Assembly (NCBI GenBank): GCA_965232175.1
Contig: CBDDOW010000006.1
Location: forward strand, 1,315,764-1,379,763
Direction: 5' to 3'
DNA length: 64,000 nucleotides
Source: Nitrospirales bacterium
GTDB lineage: Bacteria; Nitrospirota; Nitrospiria; Nitrospirales; UBA8639
The position numbers were made by a program, and so were the translations under genes. The notes below the pieces were generated by a model that was given only the letters and a program-made list of their open reading frames with translations, searched no databases and was not told the origin of the DNA. This document shows positions 26,363 to 35,149 of this stretch, piece by piece; position 1 is the stretch's first letter, and each line of letters opens with the position of its first letter.

Positions 26363-26725
26363 GCAACACCGTGCCCGACCAGACAAGGTTGGGCCGTGTT
26401 CGCTCCACCAAGGGATACTTGGAGGCCCGCTTATTTACCTGTAGTGAAACAGCACTTCCCGATGAAGGAGCGACCCTCATCCGGATGGTGCAAGGCTCTT
26501 GTATTGGGCGGCGACCCGATCAAGATAGCCCCCAGTGGAGCGAACGGGTCGAGTATAGCGTGAGCGGTGAACAGAGTAAATAGTGCGGGTGGGATAGGCT
26601 ATAGTGTGTATATTGGTGGTGCCGAGGACCGGAATCGAACCGAGTCGCTTATTTGAACGTTACCAAAACTTCACATTTGCTTGCGCCTCTAGGTATATAA
26701 TTCCCCCGACAGGTAACAAGTTAGG
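26363..26725 (-). ncRNA. candidate structured RNA leader, copy B
   Basis: Inverted copy of 24391-24751, directly 5' of the GIY-YIG gene. It contains an extra ~29-nt tRNA 3'-half-like insert (26617-26648). Confidence 0.45.
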
Positions 26726-27073
26726 CGGTGGTTCCTGTGCCATCCTGTTTCGACAGCATGCGACCCGTTTCCCTTCTTTTGGCTGCATTGGCTCACCGGC
26801 CTCTGAAAACTCTCCTTTGTTGTCTTCCCAAATTGGTATTATGTCAAATTACAGGGGCTTTTGGGTAACGGTGAATAGGACAAATGGGTCACTATTGATG
26901 CTTGTGTTACGATAACTAAACGTCTCAAAACATCCTTGCCCTGAACGATATTTCTTTGAAGATCACAACCTATTGTTTTTATTGATATAAAATTGAAAAT
27001 CTGAAAAATGTCACAAGTGGCCTGCGTCATGCATGGGCTTTTTTATCCCGTTGGGTTCATCCCGGGACTGCCA

Positions 27074-27187
27074 TGCTACCAATTGGAAACACGAGCGATG
27101 ACCAGGCAGGGTCTTGAAAATATTTTCCCTTTAATTTCAATATGTTGCAAAAACTGTTTGAAACGTTCATGTTGGCTCGAAAATTGC
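27074..27187 (+). promoter_or_regulatory. sigma-54 promoter region of nxrAB, copy 2 (UAS-like palindrome, IHF-like site, -24/-12)
   Basis: TGGCTCGAAAATTGC at 27173-27187 fits TGGCAC-N5-TTGC. ttcaatatgttg (27136-27147) is IHF-like. tgctaccaattggaaac lies at 27074-27090. Confidence 0.65.
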
Positions 27188-27363
27188 TTAAAAAATGGGG
27201 AGGTTACAGGAAACCAGCCGGTATTCAAGGCGGATGATGAACAGCATGATGAAACAGGAGTCAGGAAAGGAGGTGGTAAGCGTTCCGTTTTCCCCGAGAG
27301 GGGGTTTTTCAATTCATCCATTCCACGTTAGGCCAATCGGCCTTTACACGAGGAGGTTTTGCA

Positions 27364-30300
27364 ATGTTTCTTTCTAGACGTCAATTTTTAAAAGTGACGA
27401 CCGGAACGGTGGCGGCAGTGGCGCTGGCGGACAAAGCCTTGGCCCTGACTGCGCTGCAACCGGTTGTCGAAGTGGGCAATCCGCTGGGCGAGTATCCTGA
27501 TCGCGCCTGGGAGCGGGTGTACCACGATCAGTATCGGTATGATTCGTCGTTTACGTGGGTTTGCTCCCCGAACGACACTCACGCCTGCCGCGTGCGTTCC
27601 TTCGTGCGGAACGGTGTGGTGATGCGGGTCGAGCAAAACTACGACCACCAAACCTACGAAGACCTCTACGGCAATCGCGGGACGTTCGCTCACAATCCGC
27701 GGATGTGCTTGAAGGGGTACACGATGCATCGCCGGGTGTACGGGCCCTATCGGTTGAAAGGCCCCTTGATGCGCCGTGGTTGGAAAGCCTGGATGGATGC
27801 CGGAAGCCCGGAATTCACTCCGGACGTCATGAACAAATACAAATTCACGTCCCGCTATCTGGATGACATGCTGCGGGTGAGCTGGGATACGGCGTTTACG
27901 TACCTGGCCAAAGCCATGGTCATCATCTCGGAGCGGTACAGCGGCGAAGCCGGCGCCCGTCGTTTGCGGGAGCAAGGCTATCCGCCGGAAATGATCGAGA
28001 TGACCAAGGGTTCCGGCGTGCGGTGCATGAAGTTCCGCGCGGGGATGCCCATCCTGGGCGTGATCGGCAAGATGGCCGTCACCCGGATGAACGGTGGCTG
28101 CGGCGCGTTGCTCGACCACTGGATCCGGAAAGTGAAGCCAGCCCAGGCCCAAGGCGGCCGGTACTGGTCGAACTACACCTGGCACGGGGACCAAAACCCG
28201 GCGCATCCGTTCTGGTCCGGGGTGCAAACCTCTGACAACGACCTGAGCGACATGCGGTTCGCAAAGTTGAACACAAGCTGGGGCAAGAACTTCGTCGAAA
28301 ACAAAATGCCGGAAGCGCACTGGAAACTCGAAAGTATCGAGCGCGGGGCGCGGGTGGTCGTGATCACGCCGGAGTACAACCCGACGGCGTATCGGGCCGA
28401 CTACTGGATTCCGGTTCGGCCGGAGACGGACGCGGCGTTGTTCCTGGGCGCCTGTAAGATCATGTTCGACGAGAACATGCATGACCATGATTTCTGCTCG
28501 GCCTATACGGACATGCCGATTCTGGTCCGTACGGACACGCTGCAATATCTTGATCCGCGCGACGTGATCAAGGGCTATTCATTGCCGGACTTCTCCAAGA
28601 CCTATTCGGGGAAAGTGCAAACCCTGAATCCGGCGAAGATTGCGCGTCTCGGCGGTTTCATGGTGTGGGACACCAATAAGAACCAAGCCGTGCCGATTCA
28701 CCGCGAATTGGTGGGATGGCACTACAGGAACAGCGGGATCGAAGCAGCGTTTACCGGGACCTACCGGGTGAAGTTGCTGAACGGCCGGGAAGTTGACGTG
28801 GCACCGATCTTCCAGTTGTATCAGGTCCACTTGCAGGACTATGACCTGGATACGGTCCACCAGATCAACCGGTCCCCGAAGGACCTGATCGTCCGCTGGG
28901 CCAGAGATTCAGGCACCATCAAACCGGCGACGATTCACAACGGGGAAGGCACGAACCACTACTTCCACCAAACCATCATTGCGCGTGGCGCGGCGATGGT
29001 GTTGATTATCGCCGGGAACGTCGGGAAGTTCGGGACCGGGCAACATACCTGGGCCGGGAACTACAAAGCGGGGATCTGGAACAGCACCCCGTGGTCCGGC
29101 GGTGGGTTGGGCACGCACACCGCGGAGAATCCGTTCAAGATCACGACGGATCCGAACGCACACGGTAAGGAAGTGCACGTGCGTGGCTACTACTATGGTG
29201 AAGAGGTGGCTTACTGGAACCATGGGGATACGGCGTTGATCGTGAACACGCCGAAGTATGGGCGCCGGGTGTTTACCGGAAAGACGCACATGCCGACCCC
29301 GACCAAGTTCCGGTGGGTGGCGAACGTGAACGTGTTGAACAACGCCAAACACCACTATGACATGGTCAAGAACGTGGACCCGCACATCGAATGTATCGTC
29401 ACCCAGGATATCGAGATGACCTCGGACGTGAACCATGCCGACGTTGCGATGGGTGTGAATACATGGATGGAGTTCACGTATCCCGAACATACGGCGACGG
29501 TGTCGAATCCGTGGTTCCAGGTGTGGAAAGGGGGCATCCGGCCCTTGTATGACACCAGAAACGACCTGGATACGACCGCCGGCGTGGCCTCCAAATTGAC
29601 CGACATGACGGGCGATGGGCGGTTCCGGGATTACTTCAAGTTCGTCTACGACAACCGGGTGGACGTGTACGTGCAACGGTTGTTGGATGCCAGTTGTACG
29701 GGGTACGGGTACAGCGTTGACACCATGCTCAAGTCCGAGAAGGGCTGGATGGTGCTGTGCCGGACGTATCCACGGCAACCGTTCTGGGAAGAGACGAACG
29801 AATCGAAGCCGCAATGGACGCGGACCGGACGGTATGAAAACTACCGGACGGAGCCGGAAGCCATTGAGTACGGTGAAAACTTCATTTCGCACCGGGAAGG
29901 GACGGAAGCCACTCCATACCTGCCGAACGCGATTATGACGACGAACCCGTACGTACGGCCGGATGACTACGGTATTCCTATCACGGCGCAGCACCATGAC
30001 GACAAGACGGTGCGGAACATTGCGTTGCCGTGGCAGGAAATCAAACGGTACTCCAACCCGCTGTGGGAGAAGGGGTATCAATTCTACTGCGTGACGCCGA
30101 AGACGCGGCATCGTGTACACAGCCAATGGTCAGTGAACGACTGGGTGCAGATGTATGAATCGAACTTCGGTGACGCGTATCGGATGGACAAACGGACACC
30201 GGGTGTGGGTGAGCATCAATTACACATGAACCCACAATCGGCGAAAGACCGGGGCATCAACGACGGTGACTATGTGTACGTTGACGGCAATCCGGTTGAT

Positions 30301-30801
30301 CGGCCGTACCGAGGATGGAAGCCGAGTGACCCGTACTACAAAGTGGCTCGGTTGATGATTCGGGCGAAGTACAACCCGGCGTTCCCGTACCACGTGACCA
30401 TGGCGAAGCACGCGCCGTACGTCGCAACCGCGAAATCCGTGAAGGGCCATGAAACCCGACCGGACGGACGGGCCATCGCAATGGATACGGGGTATCAATC
30501 CAACTTCCGGTATGGGGCGCAACAGTCCTTCACCCGTGACTGGTTGATGCCGATGCACCAAACCGACTCACTGCCGGGCAAACACGCAGTGGGCTGGAAG
30601 TTCAAATTCGGGTATCAGGTGGACAACCATGCGGTCAACACCACTCCGAAAGAATGTCTGATGCGGATCACCAAAGCAGAGGACGGTGGTATCGGCGGCA
30701 GGGGTCCATGGGAACCAGTCCGGACCGGGTTTACGCCTGGGCAGGAAAATGAGTTCATGATCAAGTGGCTCAAAGGCGACCACATTAAGATCAAGGTGTA
30801 A
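27364..30801 (+). CDS. nxrA: nitrite oxidoreductase alpha subunit, periplasmic (Nitrospira) type
   Basis: Tat signal MFLSRRQFLKVTTGTVAAVALADKALA. It is a 1145-aa molybdopterin (DMSO reductase family type II) enzyme, followed directly by nxrB. Confidence 0.9.
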   Translation: MFLSRRQFLKVTTGTVAAVALADKALALTALQPVVEVGNPLGEYPDRAWERVYHDQYRYDSSFTWVCSPNDTHACRVRSFVRNGVVMRVEQNYDHQTYEDLYGNRGTFAHNPRMCLKGYTMHRRVYGPYRLKGPLMRRGWKAWMDAGSPEFTPDVMNKYKFTSRYLDDMLRVSWDTAFTYLAKAMVIISERYSGEAGARRLREQGYPPEMIEMTKGSGVRCMKFRAGMPILGVIGKMAVTRMNGGCGALLDHWIRKVKPAQAQGGRYWSNYTWHGDQNPAHPFWSGVQTSDNDLSDMRFAKLNTSWGKNFVENKMPEAHWKLESIERGARVVVITPEYNPTAYRADYWIPVRPETDAALFLGACKIMFDENMHDHDFCSAYTDMPILVRTDTLQYLDPRDVIKGYSLPDFSKTYSGKVQTLNPAKIARLGGFMVWDTNKNQAVPIHRELVGWHYRNSGIEAAFTGTYRVKLLNGREVDVAPIFQLYQVHLQDYDLDTVHQINRSPKDLIVRWARDSGTIKPATIHNGEGTNHYFHQTIIARGAAMVLIIAGNVGKFGTGQHTWAGNYKAGIWNSTPWSGGGLGTHTAENPFKITTDPNAHGKEVHVRGYYYGEEVAYWNHGDTALIVNTPKYGRRVFTGKTHMPTPTKFRWVANVNVLNNAKHHYDMVKNVDPHIECIVTQDIEMTSDVNHADVAMGVNTWMEFTYPEHTATVSNPWFQVWKGGIRPLYDTRNDLDTTAGVASKLTDMTGDGRFRDYFKFVYDNRVDVYVQRLLDASCTGYGYSVDTMLKSEKGWMVLCRTYPRQPFWEETNESKPQWTRTGRYENYRTEPEAIEYGENFISHREGTEATPYLPNAIMTTNPYVRPDDYGIPITAQHHDDKTVRNIALPWQEIKRYSNPLWEKGYQFYCVTPKTRHRVHSQWSVNDWVQMYESNFGDAYRMDKRTPGVGEHQLHMNPQSAKDRGINDGDYVYVDGNPVDRPYRGWKPSDPYYKVARLMIRAKYNPAFPYHVTMAKHAPYVATAKSVKGHETRPDGRAIAMDTGYQSNFRYGAQQSFTRDWLMPMHQTDSLPGKHAVGWKFKFGYQVDNHAVNTTPKECLMRITKAEDGGIGGRGPWEPVRTGFTPGQENEFMIKWLKGDHIKIKV

Positions 30802-30872
30802 ACATCGAACCAAGATCGAATGTGGAATTTTAGAAATTGAACTGACACACGTTCAAAGAAACGGAGGAAACC

Positions 30873-32162
30873 ATGCCAGAAGTTTATAATTGGCAATTAG
30901 GGCGGAAGATGCTGTATCCCTACGAGGAACGGCATCCAAAGTGGCAATTCGCCTTTGTGTTCAACATCAATCGCTGCTTGGCCTGTCAAACCTGTTCCAT
31001 GGCGGATAAATCCACCTGGCTGTTTTCGAAAGGTCAGGAGTACATGTGGTGGAACAACGTGGAAACGAAGCCGTACGGCGGATATCCACAGTTCTACGAC
31101 GTGAAAATCACGCAGTTGATTGAACAAGTCAACCCAGGCGGACAGGTGTGGAACGTGCGGGTCGGCCGCAAACACCATGCGCCGTATGGGGTGTTCGAAG
31201 GAATGACCATTTTCGATGCCGGGGCGAAAGTCGGCCAGGCGGCGATCGGGTACATTCCGACGGACCAGGAATGGCGGTTTGTCAACATTTATGAAGACAC
31301 GGCCACGTCAATGCGCGCCATTGTGGAAGGCATTGATAAGACCGGGTTTACCAAGGAAGAACCATGGCGGATGACCGGCAGCAGCTTGCCGGAACATGAA
31401 ACCTACTTCTTCTATCTTCAACGCATTTGTAACCATTGCACGTATCCGGGTTGTTTGGCTGCCTGTCCGCGGAAGGCCATCTACAAGAGGCCGGAGGATG
31501 GGATCGTGCTGATCGACCAGAACCGGTGCCGTGGGTACAAGAAGTGCGTGGAGCAATGTCCATACAAAAAGCCCATGTATCGGGGAACGACTCGGGTGAC
31601 CGAGAAGTGCATCGCCTGCTATCCGCGGGTCGAGGGGAAAGATCCTCTCACCGGTGGCGAGCCGATGGAAACCCGGTGTATGGCGGCCTGCGTGGGTAAG
31701 ATTCGCTTGCAGAACCTCGTCAAGGTTGGCGAGGATGGACTGTGGGCGGAAGATCGGTGGAACCCCCTGTATTACACCATCCGGGTGGAACAGGTGGCGT
31801 TGCCGCTGTACCCGCAATGGGGCACGGAGCCGAACGGGTATTACATTCCCCCGCGGCAATCGCCCCGTGGCTACATCCGGCAGATGTTCGGGCCGGGCGT
31901 GGACAATGCGATCGAGAAGTACCTGGTGCCGAGCCGGGAACTGTTGGCCGTCCTCCAGCTCTGGAGAGCGAGCCAGCAGATCGTTTTCCGGTACGACATC
32001 ATTCCCGGACCGAAAGTGTTCGAAACCCAAATTCACGGTCGGAAGTTCGAGATGTACAACGACACCGTGTTAGGGTTCAACAAGTCCGGGAAGGAAGCCG
32101 TGCGGCAGCAGGTGGAAGAGCCGATTTACATTCGGCCAGCCGAACGCGCTACCTGGCTGTAA
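30873..32162 (+). CDS. nxrB: nitrite oxidoreductase beta subunit (4 Fe-S clusters)
   Basis: Cysteine clusters CLACQTC, CNHCTYPGCLAAC, CRGYKKCVEQC, CIACYPR. The N-terminus MPEVYNWQLGRKMLYPYEERHPKW is typical of Nitrospira NxrB. Confidence 0.9.
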   Translation: MPEVYNWQLGRKMLYPYEERHPKWQFAFVFNINRCLACQTCSMADKSTWLFSKGQEYMWWNNVETKPYGGYPQFYDVKITQLIEQVNPGGQVWNVRVGRKHHAPYGVFEGMTIFDAGAKVGQAAIGYIPTDQEWRFVNIYEDTATSMRAIVEGIDKTGFTKEEPWRMTGSSLPEHETYFFYLQRICNHCTYPGCLAACPRKAIYKRPEDGIVLIDQNRCRGYKKCVEQCPYKKPMYRGTTRVTEKCIACYPRVEGKDPLTGGEPMETRCMAACVGKIRLQNLVKVGEDGLWAEDRWNPLYYTIRVEQVALPLYPQWGTEPNGYYIPPRQSPRGYIRQMFGPGVDNAIEKYLVPSRELLAVLQLWRASQQIVFRYDIIPGPKVFETQIHGRKFEMYNDTVLGFNKSGKEAVRQQVEEPIYIRPAERATWL

Positions 32163-32186
32163 GAAGCCGGTAGGGTTTGAAAAAAA

Positions 32187-32218
32187 GCCGGAGGTTTTCG
32201 GACCTCCGGCTTTTTTTT
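32187..32218 (+). terminator. rho-independent terminator after nxrB
   Basis: gccggaggt tttcg acctccggc followed by T8. Confidence 0.85.
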
Positions 32219-32345
32219 GGGGAAACCCCCGGTATCGGGAAGAAATCACAAAAAATTTACTGAGATTCCTTCTCGAAATGGTGTATTCTAGAAAGACGTG
32301 TTGGCTGTTCTCCAAAGACCGTAAGGAAGACGCGACCCCGACGCC

Positions 32346-32675
32346 ATGAGTCTCTCTCCGCCAGACCCCGTTCCTGTTTCAGCGCAGGCCATTCCCTTTT
32401 GGGAACTCCTCGAAGCCGGAACGGTGCCCGATGAATATCTCGAGACGGAGTACGTGACTCAACAATTTGTCGAACGGTTGGTGCATTACGTATTGAGTAT
32501 CCCTTCCAAATCCATTTCCATTCCCCAGCTTTCGGCCGTACTCGAACAAATTGACGCCCGTCAGCAGATTCTCTTTTTCAAACGGTTAAAGGAAACGAGT
32601 CCTCACAGTCTCAAGGAGTTTGCCCCGTTGTATTACGGGTTTATGGCGGAATTTCACCCGTTATTGTTTACCTGA
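32346..32675 (+). CDS. hypothetical protein
   Basis: 109-aa ORF downstream of the nxrAB terminator. No recognisable motif. Confidence 0.4.
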   Translation: MSLSPPDPVPVSAQAIPFWELLEAGTVPDEYLETEYVTQQFVERLVHYVLSIPSKSISIPQLSAVLEQIDARQQILFFKRLKETSPHSLKEFAPLYYGFMAEFHPLLFT

Positions 32676-32709
32676 CTCTTTTCCGGAGCCCCGTTTTGCA
32701 GGAGGAACA

Positions 32710-33078
32710 ATGAACTCAACTTTACATCGAGCGATTTCAAGTTTTTATAACCTGATCTATGAAGCCCAGGCGTTTTCCACGACCATGGCTCGCATCGATT
32801 CGGCCGACCATGAGCGGTATTTGGGACGAGTGGAAGGGCTCAATTGGGTCTTGGATCGGTGCCAGGAATTTGAAGACGTGGACCAGAACCTCACCACGCC
32901 GTCCCTTCACAAATTGTTGGGCGACGTCAAATCGGATCTGGATCATGAATTGTCCGTGCAACGACGGGAAAAAGGCAGGCGGGCTGACGGAAGAGAAGAA
33001 GCGCTGATCTTCGTGACCGACTATCTCACGAGTCTGATTACGGCCACGGAAATTGAATCGGCCAAAAGCCCGGTCTGA
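32710..33078 (+). CDS. hypothetical helical protein
   Basis: The internal ATG at 32710 (MNSTLHRAIS...) follows ggaggaacaatg. No recognisable motif. Confidence 0.4.
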   Translation: MNSTLHRAISSFYNLIYEAQAFSTTMARIDSADHERYLGRVEGLNWVLDRCQEFEDVDQNLTTPSLHKLLGDVKSDLDHELSVQRREKGRRADGREEALIFVTDYLTSLITATEIESAKSPV

Positions 33079-33113
33079 CGAAGCGACGTCGAAGGGTGCC
33101 GTCCTGACAGAGC

Positions 33114-33362
33114 ATGTTTGCCGCTGATAAATTCAAATCCCGATGGGTAAGAGAATGGATTATTTTCGCCGTCTGCCTCGGCCTGGGCGGGCATATCGCC
33201 TTGGGTCTCCTGCTGCACGCTCCGGAACAATGGCCTGCCAGGACCTTATGGCTGCATGGCCTGTTACTCGCGCTCTCCGTCTACGTGTGCATCCAGTTGC
33301 TTCGCTCGATGTGGTGGTGGTGGAAAGGTGAGCGAGCCTCCGAGTCACAGGAACACGTCTGA
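33114..33362 (+). CDS. small membrane protein (2 TM)
   Basis: WIIFAVCLGLGGHIALGLLL and LHGLLLALSVYVCIQLL are hydrophobic segments. Confidence 0.4.
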   Translation: MFAADKFKSRWVREWIIFAVCLGLGGHIALGLLLHAPEQWPARTLWLHGLLLALSVYVCIQLLRSMWWWWKGERASESQEHV

Positions 33363-33363
33363 C

Positions 33364-33654
33364 TTACAGAATACCGTCGGTCGGGATCCCTTCCTCAATG
33401 AGCATGATCGGAATCATTTCCCTGATCGGGTAGGCGATTTTTTTATCGCTTCGGATCAACCCGCCGTCGAGCGGCTCTTTCACCGGGTTCCCGGCCGTAT
33501 TCTGCAATTCCCCATTCGCAATTTTTCGGTTCAGCACGTCGAGGGAGGCCACATCCAGGATCGTCATCGGCTGTTTGGTCTCCGGGCAACATAAGATATC
33601 CAGAAGCGAGGGATCGATCGGCATCGCCTGGGCGGAATTGCTGTCGGAACTCAT
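33364..33654 (-). CDS. Trm112/UPF0434 family protein
   Basis: LLDILCCPETKQPM ... IAYPIREMIPIMLIEEGI. Confidence 0.7.
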   Translation of the reverse strand: MSSDSNSAQAMPIDPSLLDILCCPETKQPMTILDVASLDVLNRKIANGELQNTAGNPVKEPLDGGLIRSDKKIAYPIREMIPIMLIEEGIPTDGIL

Positions 33655-33795
33655 GGCGTCTCAACCGGTTATCGGAGATCCGGTTTCCGTTGGTGGAGTT
33701 GTGTTCTCACGGCCGTCTTTCATACACTAGTCAATGCGTCGATGGATTGCAAGGCAACGTAGAATCATTCTCAGACGCGATCAGACACGACGGAT

Positions 33796-34479
33796 TTGCG
33801 CATGCAACTCTTTGCCACGCTTTACAAGTTGACGACTGCGGGGAAGTACAGTCGGCTGTCTCAACTCAAACGATATTTCATCGCGGGATTATTGATCGTC
33901 GTCCCGGCGTGGGGCACCTACCTGATTCTATCCACCCTGTTCGTGACGCTGGATGGTCTGTGGGCGGATCTGCTGGGACCCGTGATGACGTTTGAAATTC
34001 CGGGCGCGGGGATCGCGCTGTTATTTCTGCTGATTCTGGGGTCGGGGATGTTGGGCACCCGTCTCGTGGGGCAACGTCTCGTCAAACGAATGGAGGATCT
34101 GTTCGAGCGGATCCCCTTGGTGAGAAGTATCTATTACACCCTCAAGGGGATGACCGACGTGTTTCAATTCCGGGAACGATTCGGCCAAAGTACCGTGGTC
34201 GTGTTTCCGTTTCCCCGCACCGGCCTCTGGGCGATCGGATTTCTGATGGGCACCGCGCCCGGGATGCTTCAGATTTCCAAAGACGATGCACTGGTCATGG
34301 TGTTCGTGCCGACGGCCATTCACCCCTTTACGGGGTATTTGGCGTTCGTGGGAGAGTCGACGATCCACCGCGTCAAACTGCGTCCCGAAGAGGCCATGAA
34401 ACTGGAATTTTCCGCGGGGCTGTATCAACCGCCCCAAGGGTGGCTGGCACTCGAACCTCGCCGAATGAGCTTGTCCTGA
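33796..34479 (+). CDS. DUF502 family membrane protein
   Basis: GLLIVVPAWGTYLILSTLF...IPLVRSIYYTLKGMTDVF...VVVFPFPRTGLWAIGFL...FVPTAIHPFTGYL. Confidence 0.65.
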   Translation: MRMQLFATLYKLTTAGKYSRLSQLKRYFIAGLLIVVPAWGTYLILSTLFVTLDGLWADLLGPVMTFEIPGAGIALLFLLILGSGMLGTRLVGQRLVKRMEDLFERIPLVRSIYYTLKGMTDVFQFRERFGQSTVVVFPFPRTGLWAIGFLMGTAPGMLQISKDDALVMVFVPTAIHPFTGYLAFVGESTIHRVKLRPEEAMKLEFSAGLYQPPQGWLALEPRRMSLS

Positions 34480-34628
34480 TCCTTCGACTCCTCTTCCGTT
34501 CGTTCTGAGCCCTTCGACAGGCTCAGGACCTTCGAGTCAGGCTCAGGGCACAGGCGTAGCGAAGCGAAGTCGAAGGAAGCGTAAGGCGCAACGCGCCTGA
34601 AGTCGAAGATGGTATCGTCGCTCAAACC

Positions 34629-35126
34629 ATGAACCATGCAGACTTCCATATCCGGTTGGCCGAACCCCGGGATCTCGAGTCCCTGGTCACGTTTAACCTG
34701 GCGCTCGCCCGGGAAACAGAGGGCAGGCAATTGGACCGGACCCGCCTCAAGTCCGGCGTGGAAGCGGTCCTGGCCGACTCCGCCAAAGGATTCTACGTGG
34801 TCATGGAGCACGCGCCCACCGGGGAGACCATCGGACAGGTGTTGATCACCTTTGAATGGAGCGATTGGCGGAACGCGGTATTTTGGTGGCTGCAAAGCGT
34901 GTACGTCCAAAAGGAATGGAGACGGCACGGCGTGTTCAAACAGTTGTACGACTACGTGTTGCAGGAAGCAAAACGCCTGGGGAACGTGGCCGGCATCCGG
35001 TTGTACGTGGAACAGGACAACGCCGTGGCCCAGGGGGCGTATGCGCGCGTCGGCTTGGCTTTGTCACCCTACAAAATGTTTGAAACCGATTTCATCCTGC
35101 CGTCCGGACCGGGCGAACAAACCTGA
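34629..35126 (+). CDS. GNAT family N-acetyltransferase
   Basis: IRLAEPRDL...VYVQKEWRRHGVFKQLYDYVLQEAK..G..GIRLYVEQDNAVAQGAYARVG. Confidence 0.8.
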   Translation: MNHADFHIRLAEPRDLESLVTFNLALARETEGRQLDRTRLKSGVEAVLADSAKGFYVVMEHAPTGETIGQVLITFEWSDWRNAVFWWLQSVYVQKEWRRHGVFKQLYDYVLQEAKRLGNVAGIRLYVEQDNAVAQGAYARVGLALSPYKMFETDFILPSGPGEQT

Positions 35127-35149
35127 ACCGCCTCAACCCGGCGACCACT

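Noticed and set aside
26614-26700. Complete tRNA or tmRNA gene on the minus strand
   Set aside because: Only the T-arm, the acceptor 3' strand and CCA are present. There is no complementary 5' acceptor strand (GCCGAGG), no D-arm with GG, and no usable anticodon arm. The acceptor end does not fit the tmRNA GGGG.../...CCACCA pattern either. It is kept only as a fragment.
24391-26725. Group I intron carrying a GIY-YIG homing endonuclease, or an IS element with long terminal inverted repeats
   Set aside because: I could not find the P7/P3 core or an intact exon (a tRNA split by the element). The two copies are separate leaders of two convergent genes, not one intron. No transposase is present. 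This cannot be fully excluded without covariance-model searches.
27195-27377. 60-aa upstream ORF overlapping the nxrA start codon
   Set aside because: It has no convincing start context. It lies within the nxrA 5' UTR and is most likely a chance ORF.
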